Shown here piece after piece: positions 1-9,860 of a stretch of 64,000 bases of DNA. Position numbers and translations under genes: made by a program. Numbering within the stretch: the stretch's first letter is position 1; each line of letters begins with the position of its first letter. The stretch is taken from assembly GCF_052425735.1 (NCBI RefSeq), contig NC_135758.1:9114001-9178000 (forward strand), in the 5' to 3' direction. The notes below the pieces were generated by a model, which was given only the letters and a program-made list of their open reading frames with translations, had not been told where the DNA came from and ran no database searches. The DNA comes from Oculina patagonica. Taxonomy: Eukaryota.

Positions 1-746
1 CTGTTACAGACCAATGAAACCATAATTTTTGAGAACACTTTCTCAGCATTTTCAAAACAATGCTGTTTCAACATCCCAGGGATGTTATTAAGGGCCGGCT
101 GCCGGCTAAATTTACCAGCTGAAAGAGAACTTAAAATCGGCTGAAGTTTCACATGAAAACAAAGACTTGCAAATGGGTAAACTTGTAGAGCTCCCAAGGC
201 CAGAAAAGCCAGCTGGGCTTGTTGATGATTAGTGTTTTCTTAGCTACATCCCTGCACCTGTCAGGGCTGTTTAAAGCAAAGGCCTACCCATACCCAGTTC
301 AAAGGCAGTATGGATACAAATGAGTGTGTGAACAGTGCCTTAGTGTCAGATACTTTATGTCATATTTATATTTTATTTGTAAATACTTAAATTTAAAAAT
401 GTTAATTACATTACAACTATCTTAGCTGTTGGTCTAATAATTATTGTCACCTACTCTGTTGGTGTAATTTTGCTTACTTGTTCTGTTTAGAACATTGGCC
501 CTTTGTGTGCAGTTAACTTACAGTATTTTTTTCTGTTCACCACAGAAAAGGGCATGACCATGCACGTTTGCAACATGGCAAAGTGAAAAGAAATAAGGCA
601 TCAAGCTACATGTACATGTTCAGGAGGCCAAATTGTCTACTATGTACATATATATAAATGCTTGATTTGTTTTATTACCTTTGTATATTACCTTTACATG
701 TACTGTCCTTGAATAGTGAATGAACATTGACAAAACATCACCAGTG

Positions 747-958
747 AAGAAATTATTCAACATGACATGAGCGTGGGACAAATAAAAACTCTGAGTCCCC
801 GACGGGAATCTAACCCATGGCCTCCCAGACACCGGTTGGGGGAGGCCATGGGTTCGATTCCTGTCGGGGACTCAGAGTTTTTCTTTGTCCCTCGCTCGTG
901 TCATGTTGAATAATTTCTTAACTATTTATCACCGAGCTTGAAATTTACCATCTTTATT
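747..958. repeat. Fold-back (head-to-head) pair of tRNA-derived SINE fragments
   Basis: Arms 747-826 and 840-919 are near-perfect reverse complements around a 13-nt loop. The right arm contains a Pol III B-box (GGTTCGATTCC, 851-861). The SINE call is inferred from the B-box. Confidence 0.7.
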
Positions 959-1239
959 TTTAACCACCATCAGTATTTTTTGTAAACGTGTTGGCTAAAG
1001 ATAGAACAGAGTCCAGCTTCATCACTGGCACAAACACCTACACTGGTTTAAAGTGTTGTTGTTATGTAAGTAAAAAATATGCATTAACATACATGTATAC
1101 GAAGTTCTCAATTTTGATGCAACAGAGGTGACCAAACAAACTGTAGATGGTCATGGCTACTGAATGATGATGAGCTGTCATTTATATACATGTAAATAAT
1201 ATTTTATAGCCTGGACATAAGTAGAGTAGGGTAGGGAAA

Positions 1240-1381
1240 TCGAAAAAGGTTCGAGATATCGGGAGTTCGAGTTATCGAGGATAAAATTATTAAGAAATCG
1301 GCCTGGAGGGAAATCAGAAAAGGTTAGAGTTAGCGGGACATTCGAGTTACTGAGGGTTCGAGTTATAGGGATTCAACTGTA
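1240..1381. mobile_element. Right-end fragment of a TA-flanked CAGT...ACTG MITE (pogo/Tc1-mariner-like)
   Basis: Reiterated GTTCGAGTTA motifs ending in CAACTG-TA. Same motif family as the complete MITE at 35123-35579. Confidence 0.5.
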
Positions 1382-2515
1382 TTTAGTTATAATTTGTGTT
1401 ACACAAAATGAATTTACAGTAATACCTTTTTTATTTTACAGTAATTGAATTAAATTCCTATACTCTTACCATACATGTATGTACTGCTGGTATGGTAACA
1501 TACACTGTACATGTAACTATGAAAGAGGATAACTGTTGTTATAATGACAACCTGCTTCATGTACACAACAGTCCTTGAAAAAGTGTCCATGTTATGGAGG
1601 TGCCCATTACAGAGGTACAATTTGAAGAGTTCATATCAATTTTGCCTCTTTCAGTTGAGCTGTACCCTTTTGGGGAGGTGTTCATATTTTAACGTTTTCT
1701 GTAAAAAAGAATTTGGACTGTAATAATTTAGGTCAATACAGTTGAACTTATGAGCAAATCTATAATGCATACATCTCCCTATTACAGACTGTTCACATGG
1801 TCTTAAATAGACAAAAATACTTCACTCAGTCTCTACCTCTGCAAGACACACCTCTGTAACATGGATACTCCACCTTTTTACGACTGAATTTATTCAGGAG
1901 TATTGTGGCTAGCCCAATGGCACTCGCATGGTTGGTCGTTCCATCATCTGTAAACACTTTTTGCAATTCCGCTGACCAGCGGATATAACAGAAGTAAGAA
2001 CGTAGCAGGGCGGCCGTATAAAAGGCCGGCCTTAAATTTTAAGAGGTTTTTATAACAAGGGAAAAACAAAACAAAACAAAATGTGGCCTACAATTTTGTG
2101 TGGAAAGTACTCGACCGCCGAAAAAGTCGACTTTGACATCCGCAAGATGTACCGCGGGCCCGCAGCCGATCGATCTCATCTGTCGAGTTTATAAATAGCG
2201 TCGTACACGTACAAGTACGAACATTTGAAAATTAAATCGGGTTTCACATAAGTTTTCATCAAAAATCACATCTATCTAGAAACCAGAGCGTTGGCTAAAA
2301 TCGCTTGCGTGGTTGACCGTTTCGTGTTTGCAAGAAAATGTTTATGAATATAAAGTACATATACGGAATCCATGTACAGTGTAATTTATACTACACGGCT
2401 TCAATGCTTTTATTTTCTTATGTAGATAATCAGAGCAAAATAATAAAAAAAACATTTATTAGCACCTCGGGGTTAAAAAAAAAAAGAAACAAAAAAAGGA
2501 AAAAAAAATTGCCTA

Positions 2516-2587
2516 GCTCCGGCTTGGCGTCGAACCCTTAACCTTTAGGTTGGCAGTCTGACACCCATCCTTCTGTGCTAATCCGAC
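2516..2587 (-). ncRNA. Degenerate tRNA-like sequence with Pol III A/B boxes and downstream T-tracts
   Basis: Minus strand reads GTCGGAT-TAGCACAGAAGG(A box)-ATGGGTGTCAGA-CTGCCAA-CCTAAAGGTTAAG-GGTTCGACGCC(B box)-AAGCCGGAGC, 72 nt. T-runs follow (plus-strand A-runs 2476-2508). Stems are imperfect, so it is not a functional tRNA call. Confidence 0.55.
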
Positions 2588-3153
2588 AATTACAAAAATT
2601 CTCCGATTAAAACTTATATGAATGCAATAGACAACGTGGGGTCCATCGAACCGCTGATTATCTGCCACGATGTCCGTAGGCTCTAATAAGTTTTGACAGC
2701 GATCGGCCGATCGGCCCACAGCGATCGTGTATCGATAAAAGTTCTTGCAGTAAATGGGATGATTTACTGGCCAAATGACCTATTTTACTGCAGTGTAGTG
2801 GCTCAATTTCCTCACAAATGGCTTGTTTTACTGGCTATACTTTCCGTTCATATCATCATGGATCTGTGGAGACGCTCGGCAGTGGTTTTCTCAGAAATTG
2901 GAGCTCACAGGATCGGGGGACGGACTGGCATAGTTTGTGTTCTTTGTGTTGATCTTCTGCTTCGCAAGCTCCATAACATAACACAGGTAAGCTTCTACTT
3001 ATACCAAACAATATGTTTTTATGAACAAATCCTAAACATGCAGATCGACTGTGCTTCGGTTGTGTTCGGGAACAGAGCGGGAAATAGTCGTACAGGTCAC
3101 CTGACAAAGCACATGATTTGCAGTGCTAAAACGTTGCAATCCGCCATTTTGTT

Positions 3154-4707
3154 TTGAATTTCAGTTTGGGGCAAGCTCTTGTGTTGGCTGTTTACGCTGT
3201 GTATTTCCACGGAGTGTTTTATGCAATGGATGCCAGTATTGATGTAGATGTTCATAATAAGTCCTGTGAGTATTCAGGGACAGAAACATCGGTAAAACCC
3301 TCGACTCGCCAGGGTAATTTGAACGGCGAGGAGACATATCAGACATGTGTCGAATCCCCCGCTCGCTGGGGTTATGCCAAAACTATGGAAAGCGAGAAAG
3401 CTAAACATGAGCAAATGATAGTCAAATATGAGCAAATAAAAACCAGATATGAACAAATGAAAATCAAATATGAGCAAATGAATGCTATATATGCAGAAAA
3501 CTGTGAGCTACTCCATGAGGAAATCCATGCCAAACACGAACAGACATGTGAGTGGAACACTTCTTTGATGAATGGTCAGTTTAACGGTGCCTTCGTTGCC
3601 AAGAATAAAGCTGAGTTCACTGAGCAGAAACCATTGCATAAATCACCAACTGATAATCCACCGAGTGCTTGTGCTTTGCAAACAGATGAAACGGACGAAT
3701 GTAGAAATTCAAGGGTAAGATGTAGGTTACATTCTAGAAGGAAACGGGCAAGAGAACCTTTCAGAATTCCATACAGGAAATTTATCAAGTTATTTAGAAA
3801 GGCAAGAATTATTCGACTTGCTGCCAAATCATACCTTAAGAAGTACATACCAAGTTCATCTAAGCTCAGACTTATGCTGTACGAGTGTAATCGTTGTTAT
3901 TTCACTGAACGGCTTGTGAGACCAAAGTGTTTATTATCTTCAAACAAGTGCTTTGTCAGGTCAAGCTTGTACCTAACTGTTGCGCGACTGAGGACATTAA
4001 AGCATAAGAATTCACCATTGTTTTACGTGTGTGTTGATGACAAAATGTTAAAGAAATTAAAATGCTGTAAAGGCCAAACTTATCATTTTTCTCGGAGAGT
4101 CATATCTTTAAGTGGTGATGTTGAAGAGAACCCGGGACCTGATCATTGCAATGTAAATACTAATTCAGAAGCACGTGGTAGCTTAGTTGCCAATTCAGTT
4201 TCATTACTAGAAACCAGGTTGTCAGAATTAAATAGAACCGCACTTGATGTTGTTGGAGGTGGTGACTGTTTTTTTCGAGCTGTTTCTCATCAACTGTATG
4301 ATAATCCTAATCACCATTTTCATGTGCGTAGTCTCGGTGTTCAGTATTTACAGCATAACCCTGAACAATTTATAGAGAGTAATACTGATTATTCTTGGCA
4401 AGGATATTTAAGTAATATGTCATGTCAGGGAACATGGGCTGATGCGATTATAATTCAAGCAGTGGCCAATTGTCTGAATTTATCAATTCATATTACTGAA
4501 TCAAATGAAACTTTTGCACCTGTTACTGTTGTTCAACCAGGAAGTGTAACGAGAGGACGCACAAATATTTACATCGGGCACATAGGTGAAACTCATTATG
4601 TATCTACAGTAGTAAAAAAAAGTTCTGAGTTAACAAACAAGATAAAATGTGGTCAAACATCACTTGGAGACAACCTAATTGATAGAAAAGAAAAACGCAG
4701 AGCTTAA
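3154..4707 (+). CDS. Helentron polyprotein segment 1: unknown N-terminal region, 2A-like peptide, OTU cysteine protease domain
   Basis: Heptad repeat (K/R)(H/Y)EQ(M/I)xx x4. SLSGDVEENPGP at 4105-4140. OTU Cys box GGGDCFFRAVS (Cys 4267-4269), GTWAD motif, His box ETHY (His 4594-4596). First in-frame ATG is 3226. Confidence 0.85.
   Translation: MNFSLGQALVLAVYAVYFHGVFYAMDASIDVDVHNKSCEYSGTETSVKPSTRQGNLNGEETYQTCVESPARWGYAKTMESEKAKHEQMIVKYEQIKTRYEQMKIKYEQMNAIYAENCELLHEEIHAKHEQTCEWNTSLMNGQFNGAFVAKNKAEFTEQKPLHKSPTDNPPSACALQTDETDECRNSRVRCRLHSRRKRAREPFRIPYRKFIKLFRKARIIRLAAKSYLKKYIPSSSKLRLMLYECNRCYFTERLVRPKCLLSSNKCFVRSSLYLTVARLRTLKHKNSPLFYVCVDDKMLKKLKCCKGQTYHFSRRVISLSGDVEENPGPDHCNVNTNSEARGSLVANSVSLLETRLSELNRTALDVVGGGDCFFRAVSHQLYDNPNHHFHVRSLGVQYLQHNPEQFIESNTDYSWQGYLSNMSCQGTWADAIIIQAVANCLNLSIHITESNETFAPVTVVQPGSVTRGRTNIYIGHIGETHYVSTVVKKSSELTNKIKCGQTSLGDNLIDRKEKRRA
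4081..4140 (+). other. 2A-like (StopGo / ribosome-skipping) peptide YHFSRRVISLSGDVEENPG|P
   Basis: Exact match to the D(V/I)ExNPGP consensus; the core GDVEENPGP is the same as in T2A/P2A. In frame, about 40 codons upstream of the OTU catalytic Cys. Confidence 0.85.
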
Positions 4708-7700
4708 CATTAGAGAATACATGAAAAAGAGAAGAGCTGATCCAGAATTTAGAAAAAGAGAGAATGAAAATTCACTGCAGAGAATACACAAAAATATTGA
4801 AGCAACTAGGGAGAAAAATAGCAAAGCTGCCAGAAAGAGGAAAATGACCAACCCAGAACATTTGAGGGAAATTTTTAAACAGTCAAAAAGAAAACAGAAA
4901 GAAGAGAACCCAGAACTCATACGGGAAGTTGACAAACAGTCTAAAAGAAAACGGAAAGCGGAGAATCCAGAACTCATACGGGAAGTTGCCAAACAGTCTA
5001 AGAGGAAACGGAAAGCGGAGAACCCAGAACTCATACGGGAAGTTGCCAAACAGTCTTTGAGAAACTGCAAAGCAAAAAACCTAGAACGCAGAAAGGAAAT
5101 TGATAGACAGATATTTAGAAAACGGAAAGCGAACAACCCAGAACACATTAGGCAAATAAACAAAAAGGCAAAATTAAGAAAAAAAAACAATTTACATGCA
5201 ACTGTACCAGCCGCTGAAATGCCATTTCAAAATGCAGAAAATATATCACTTGGAACAAGTATTGATAATGATGACTTAGAAGCGCAGAAAAATGAAAACA
5301 GTATGATTTCTATGGTAAATTCCTTCCACAAAAGAATAAAATGTGGTCCAGAATACATTTGTACCTGTTGTGACCAGTTGTGGTACAGGTCCTCAGTAGT
5401 CAAATGTGATTCTAGTAAGTACAAGGCTTGTTCACGAGATGTTGTGGACTCTTGTGTCACTGGGGTAAGAAGTGTAGACAATACTGAATGGATTTGCACA
5501 ACTTGTGATTCAAATCTAAAAAAAGGCAGATTGCCCAGCTGTTCTAAAGCCAATAAAATGAGTTTTCCTGAGAAGCCTGAACTGTTAAATTTGACACCAT
5601 TAGAGGAACGGCTTATATCACCACGTATTCCGTTCATGCAAATTCGCGAATTACCAAGAGGTGGCCAGTTGTCTATTCATGGAAATATTGTCAATGTACC
5701 AAGTGATGTAAATTCAACTATTCACTCTCTGCCAAGGCCAATTAATGAATCACATACCATTCCAATAAAACTTAAAAGGCGTCTCAGTTATAAGCATCAT
5801 TATCAGTTTCAAAACATTAGACCTAAGAAAGTGTTAGATGCAGCCAAATATCTTGTAGGCACAAGTGACTTATTCAAAAGTGAAGGCATAGAAGTGCAAA
5901 ATGCATGGGTAAATAACATAAGTTTGCAATGCAGTGCCCATAAAGAATGGAATGAGTTTCTTCAAAATCCTGACAAATCAAGCTGTGATGTGCAAACTGA
6001 TGAAACTGTGACAAAGGATAAAACACATGATTGCCAAAACAGTATTTCAACTGTTGATGTTGATAATCCAGACATAGATAATGATGATAGCGATGGCTGG
6101 TGCGAAATTGCCGAACGCCCTTCAGGTATTACAGATACACTGCTACAGGAAGCAGATGTTGCTGAAAATGCAGATAAAATTATTTCATTTGCACCAGGAG
6201 AAGGAAATAAACCATTAGGAATATTCATGGATAAAGATTCCGAATATTTATCATTCCCCACAATATTCTGTGGAAAGCGGAGACCTGACAACAATGAAAG
6301 AAAAGTACCAGTAACTTATAGTACAGTTGCTAAGTGGGAATTAAGATGTCAGGATAGAAGAGCAGCAATGTCTGTGCCAAACATATTCTTTAAGCTAAAA
6401 AAACTGCAAATCAAACAAATTCAAGACAGTGCATGCATTGCTCTTAGAAAGTGTAAGACCAAGGGAAAGAAATACACTGCTGGTGACTTGAAGTCAGAGG
6501 ATTATCTTAATAAGCTTGTACATCTTGATGAAGGTTTTAGAGTTTTAAAGAATCTTAGATCTTCACCTCCTTATTTTGAGAAGTGCAAAAGAGACTTGTT
6601 TGCTATGATTCGTCAACTAGGCAACCCCACATGGTTTTGCTCTTTCTCAGCTGCTGAAACAAGGTGGACTCATCTACTTAAAACCTTAGGCAGAATTGTA
6701 GAAAAGAAAGAGTACACTGATGATGAGATCAAGCAAATGACATGGAAACAAAAATCAGATCTTATTCAAAAAGATCCTGTCACCTGTTCAAGGAACTTTG
6801 ATCACATGGTTCAGTTATTTATTAGTGATGTGTTAAAGTGCAGTGCAATACCAATAGGAGAAATAGCCGATTATTTTTATAGAGTCGAATTTCAACAAAG
6901 AGGTAGCCCACACATCCATGGTTTATTTTGGGTGAAAGGAGCTCCACCATATCAAAAAGATCCTAATGAAGAAATTGAGAAGTTTGTTGATAAGTATATC
7001 ACCTGCCAAAAACCAGACAGTTCTAGTGAAATGGAAGACCTTGTCAACTTACAGATGCACAGGCATGCCAAAACATGTAAGAAGGCAGGGAATAAGATTT
7101 GTAGATTTAATTTCCCATTGCCACCAATGCCAAGAACAATGATTTTAACACCCCTTGAAAACTCCTGCATTGATGAAGAAAACCAGAAAAAGATTAAAGA
7201 AAATTCTGAAAAAGTAAAAGAGTTTCTTGACAGCATGAAATATGGCGAAGAAATCACATTTCAAAACTTTCTCAGCAAATTGCAGTTAACTGAAGAATGT
7301 TATATCCTAGCTATCAGGCACACCTTAAAGCGTGACACATTATTTCTGAAAAGAGCACCATCAGAAATAAGGATTAACAGTTATAACACTTATTTACTCA
7401 AAGCATGGCAAGCAAACTTGGACATACAATATGTACTAGATCCTTATGCATGTGCTACATACATACTTTCTTACATTACAAAAGGCCAAAGAGGTATGAG
7501 CAGACTTCTAGAAAAAGCATCTGAAGAAGCCAAATCTGGTGATAAAGATATTAGAAATAGAATAAGGCACATTGGAAACAAATTTTTGAATGCAGTGGAA
7601 ATCAGTGCTCAAGAAGCTGTGTATCTTGTATTACAAATGCCATTGAGAAGATCCTCCCGAGATGTTCAGTTTATTGGCACCTCACCTCCAGATGAAAGGA

Positions 7701-8044
7701 CATTCTTAGTAAAGAAATTGGATAAGCTTAAAGAGTTACCTGACAGTTCACCCGACATTGAATCTGACAACATCATTAAACGCTATCAAAGAAGACCAAA
7801 ACAATTAGAAAAGTTGTGCTTGGCTGACTTTGTTGCGTGGTACAATTGTGTTAAAGATGAACATGCTCATAGTTGTAATGAGCCATTATTAGTCACAGGT
7901 CTTGATGACTTCTTGCCCGAAACAGATTTTGATGACAACACTGATGATGACCCTGATGGTATAAGTGCCACTGAACTTGAATATGAACCAAAAGAATACA
8001 AATTGAAAAGGAGGTCTAAAACTAGTGAAACGAAAAAGGGCTAA
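4679..8044 (+). CDS. Helentron polyprotein segment 2: basic 19-aa repeats, Cys-rich region, HUH (Y2) Rep domain
   Basis: KQSKRKRKAENPELIREVA repeats (57-nt unit). CTCC...WICTTC. Rep motif 1 PTWFCSFS, motif 2 VEFQQRGSPHIH (HIH 6911-6919), motif 3 YACATYILSYITK (7445-7483). Confidence 0.93.
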   Translation: MIEKKNAELNIREYMKKRRADPEFRKRENENSLQRIHKNIEATREKNSKAARKRKMTNPEHLREIFKQSKRKQKEENPELIREVDKQSKRKRKAENPELIREVAKQSKRKRKAENPELIREVAKQSLRNCKAKNLERRKEIDRQIFRKRKANNPEHIRQINKKAKLRKKNNLHATVPAAEMPFQNAENISLGTSIDNDDLEAQKNENSMISMVNSFHKRIKCGPEYICTCCDQLWYRSSVVKCDSSKYKACSRDVVDSCVTGVRSVDNTEWICTTCDSNLKKGRLPSCSKANKMSFPEKPELLNLTPLEERLISPRIPFMQIRELPRGGQLSIHGNIVNVPSDVNSTIHSLPRPINESHTIPIKLKRRLSYKHHYQFQNIRPKKVLDAAKYLVGTSDLFKSEGIEVQNAWVNNISLQCSAHKEWNEFLQNPDKSSCDVQTDETVTKDKTHDCQNSISTVDVDNPDIDNDDSDGWCEIAERPSGITDTLLQEADVAENADKIISFAPGEGNKPLGIFMDKDSEYLSFPTIFCGKRRPDNNERKVPVTYSTVAKWELRCQDRRAAMSVPNIFFKLKKLQIKQIQDSACIALRKCKTKGKKYTAGDLKSEDYLNKLVHLDEGFRVLKNLRSSPPYFEKCKRDLFAMIRQLGNPTWFCSFSAAETRWTHLLKTLGRIVEKKEYTDDEIKQMTWKQKSDLIQKDPVTCSRNFDHMVQLFISDVLKCSAIPIGEIADYFYRVEFQQRGSPHIHGLFWVKGAPPYQKDPNEEIEKFVDKYITCQKPDSSSEMEDLVNLQMHRHAKTCKKAGNKICRFNFPLPPMPRTMILTPLENSCIDEENQKKIKENSEKVKEFLDSMKYGEEITFQNFLSKLQLTEECYILAIRHTLKRDTLFLKRAPSEIRINSYNTYLLKAWQANLDIQYVLDPYACATYILSYITKGQRGMSRLLEKASEEAKSGDKDIRNRIRHIGNKFLNAVEISAQEAVYLVLQMPLRRSSRDVQFIGTSPPDERTFLVKKLDKLKELPDSSPDIESDNIIKRYQRRPKQLEKLCLADFVAWYNCVKDEHAHSCNEPLLVTGLDDFLPETDFDDNTDDDPDGISATELEYEPKEYKLKRRSKTSETKKG

Positions 8045-9860
8045 AATCATCCGATCTGTTAGATACCATAAAGATAAAGACCCAGAAAATCATTATAGAG
8101 AGCAACTTATGCTTTATACACCATGGCGAAACGAAAGTACGGATTTGATAAATGACTGTAAAACTTACCAAGAACGATTTCAACAAGTTCAGAATGAGGT
8201 TCTCCACAACAGGCACCAATATGAATGCCATTCAGAAATACTAGATAAAGCAGTGGAGGATCTAAGTAATGTTGAACATGACAACTTTGACAATGTTGCT
8301 CCTAATGCAGAGCATATCAATAAGCAGGACTGTGCTGTTAAAGAAAAGCCTAGTGAACTGTTTGGTTGCTTTGACCCTGGCAAAAACAAGCAGCACAGCC
8401 AGTATGATTTGCTTGATGATATTGGTATCTTTCCTAGAAGTAATGATCAGGATGAACTTGTTACAAAGCGTATCTCAGATGACGATTATTATGCACTTGT
8501 ACGCTCTTTGAATGAAAAACAAAGGCAGTTTTTTTATCATGTCTTACATTCAGTCAAAACTAAAGATGACCCTCTAAGATTGTTCTTAAGTGGAGGTGCT
8601 GGAGTTGGGAAAAGTACCCTAACTAATGCGTTATATGAAGCACTGATAAGATATCTGAACAGTATGGCAGGAGAAAATCCAGATGATGTGAAAGTTGTCA
8701 AAACAGCCCCTACGGGCAAAGCAGCATTCAATATAAAAGGTAACACACTGCATTCTGCTTTTAAGATACCTGCCAATAGAGGTTTTGAGTACTGTGCACT
8801 GGATAGTGACAGACTAAATACCATTAGAACACAACTCGTGAAACTAAAAGCAATATTTATTGATGAGATCTCTATGGTTGGAAGTGGAATGTTCAACTTT
8901 TTGAATTTAAGATTACAACAGATTATGGGTACTAAGGAACCATTTGGTGGAATAAGTTTGATAACTGTTGGAGATCTTTTCCAGTTGAAGCCAGTTTTTG
9001 ATAAGTGGATCTTTGAAAATTCCCAAATGGGCTATGGTGACTTAGCAAGTAACATTTGGACAGAATACTTCACCCTCTTTGAATTAACAGAAATCATGAG
9101 ACAAAAAGATGATAAGCAGTTTGCTGAGCTACTCAACCGCTTGAGAGAGGGAAAGCACTCTGAAGATGATATAGCCATGTTGAAACAAAGACTTCTGAAT
9201 GTAACACCAGGAAATGATAATTACCCCATGAATGTGACTCATTTGTTTACTACAAATGCATCAGTAGATGCTCACAACAATGCCCTGTATACTCTCTCAA
9301 AAACTGATAAAGCTCAGATCAAGGCTGTGGACATTTTAGTGGGAGATATGTCTGATGATCTTAAGAAACAAATGAAAAATAAAATCCCAGATGACCCCAC
9401 AAAGACAATGGGCTTATATTCATTAGTGTCGATAGCAACTGCCGCAAAATATGACTTGACAACTAATATTGATGTTACTGATGGACTCACTAATGGTGCA
9501 GAGTGTGTCATAGAGAACATAGATTACAGAGTTGACAATTCCACCAGGCCAAGTATTATTTGGGTGTCATTTCCACATTCTGAAATAGGCAGAAAGCAGC
9601 GCAGAGAAAATGCACATTTGTACAAAACAAACATAAATAAAGACTGGACACCAGTTTTAGAAATAACAAGACAATTCCGAATCAGTAAATTAAAAAATGT
9701 CAAGTTCAAATTCTTAGGCGACAATTTCCACTTAGACCTGCTGCTGCCAAGACTATTCACCGTTGTCAAGGTGACACATTAGATGAAGCAGTTGTTGATT
9801 TTCCAGCATCCACAAGGGAGCACATGCATTACGTTGGCTTAAGCAGAGTAAGAAACAGTT
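8025..9860 (+). CDS. Helentron polyprotein segment 3: PIF1-family SF1B helicase (frameshift near 9695)
   Basis: Walker A GGAGVGKS (8592-8615), APTGKAA, Walker B IFIDEISM, FGG...GDLFQLKPV, LTEIMRQ. After a -1 shift near 9695 it continues QFPLRPAAAKTIHRCQG and YVGLSRV (motifs V and VI) in the frame of ORF 9824-10666. Confidence 0.93.

Noticed and set aside
2516-2587. Functional tRNA-Gly(GCC) gene
   Set aside because: Acceptor and anticodon stems pair poorly; kept only as tRNA-like.
2693-3164. Upstream coding exon spliced via 2987 GT to 3164 AG into the polyprotein
   Set aside because: The splice sites look plausible, but the phase needed to join the main frame has a TAA at 2979-2981 and the phase-0 join stops early. 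At most a 5' UTR intron.
4690-9710. Programmed ribosomal frameshifting at the three breaks
   Set aside because: Two require +1 and one -1, one falls inside the helicase core, and I saw no canonical slippery heptamer with downstream structure. Indels are the simpler explanation.
4675-9769. Minus-strand ORFs overlapping the Helentron ORF
   Set aside because: Antisense shadows of a long coding frame; no recognisable motifs.
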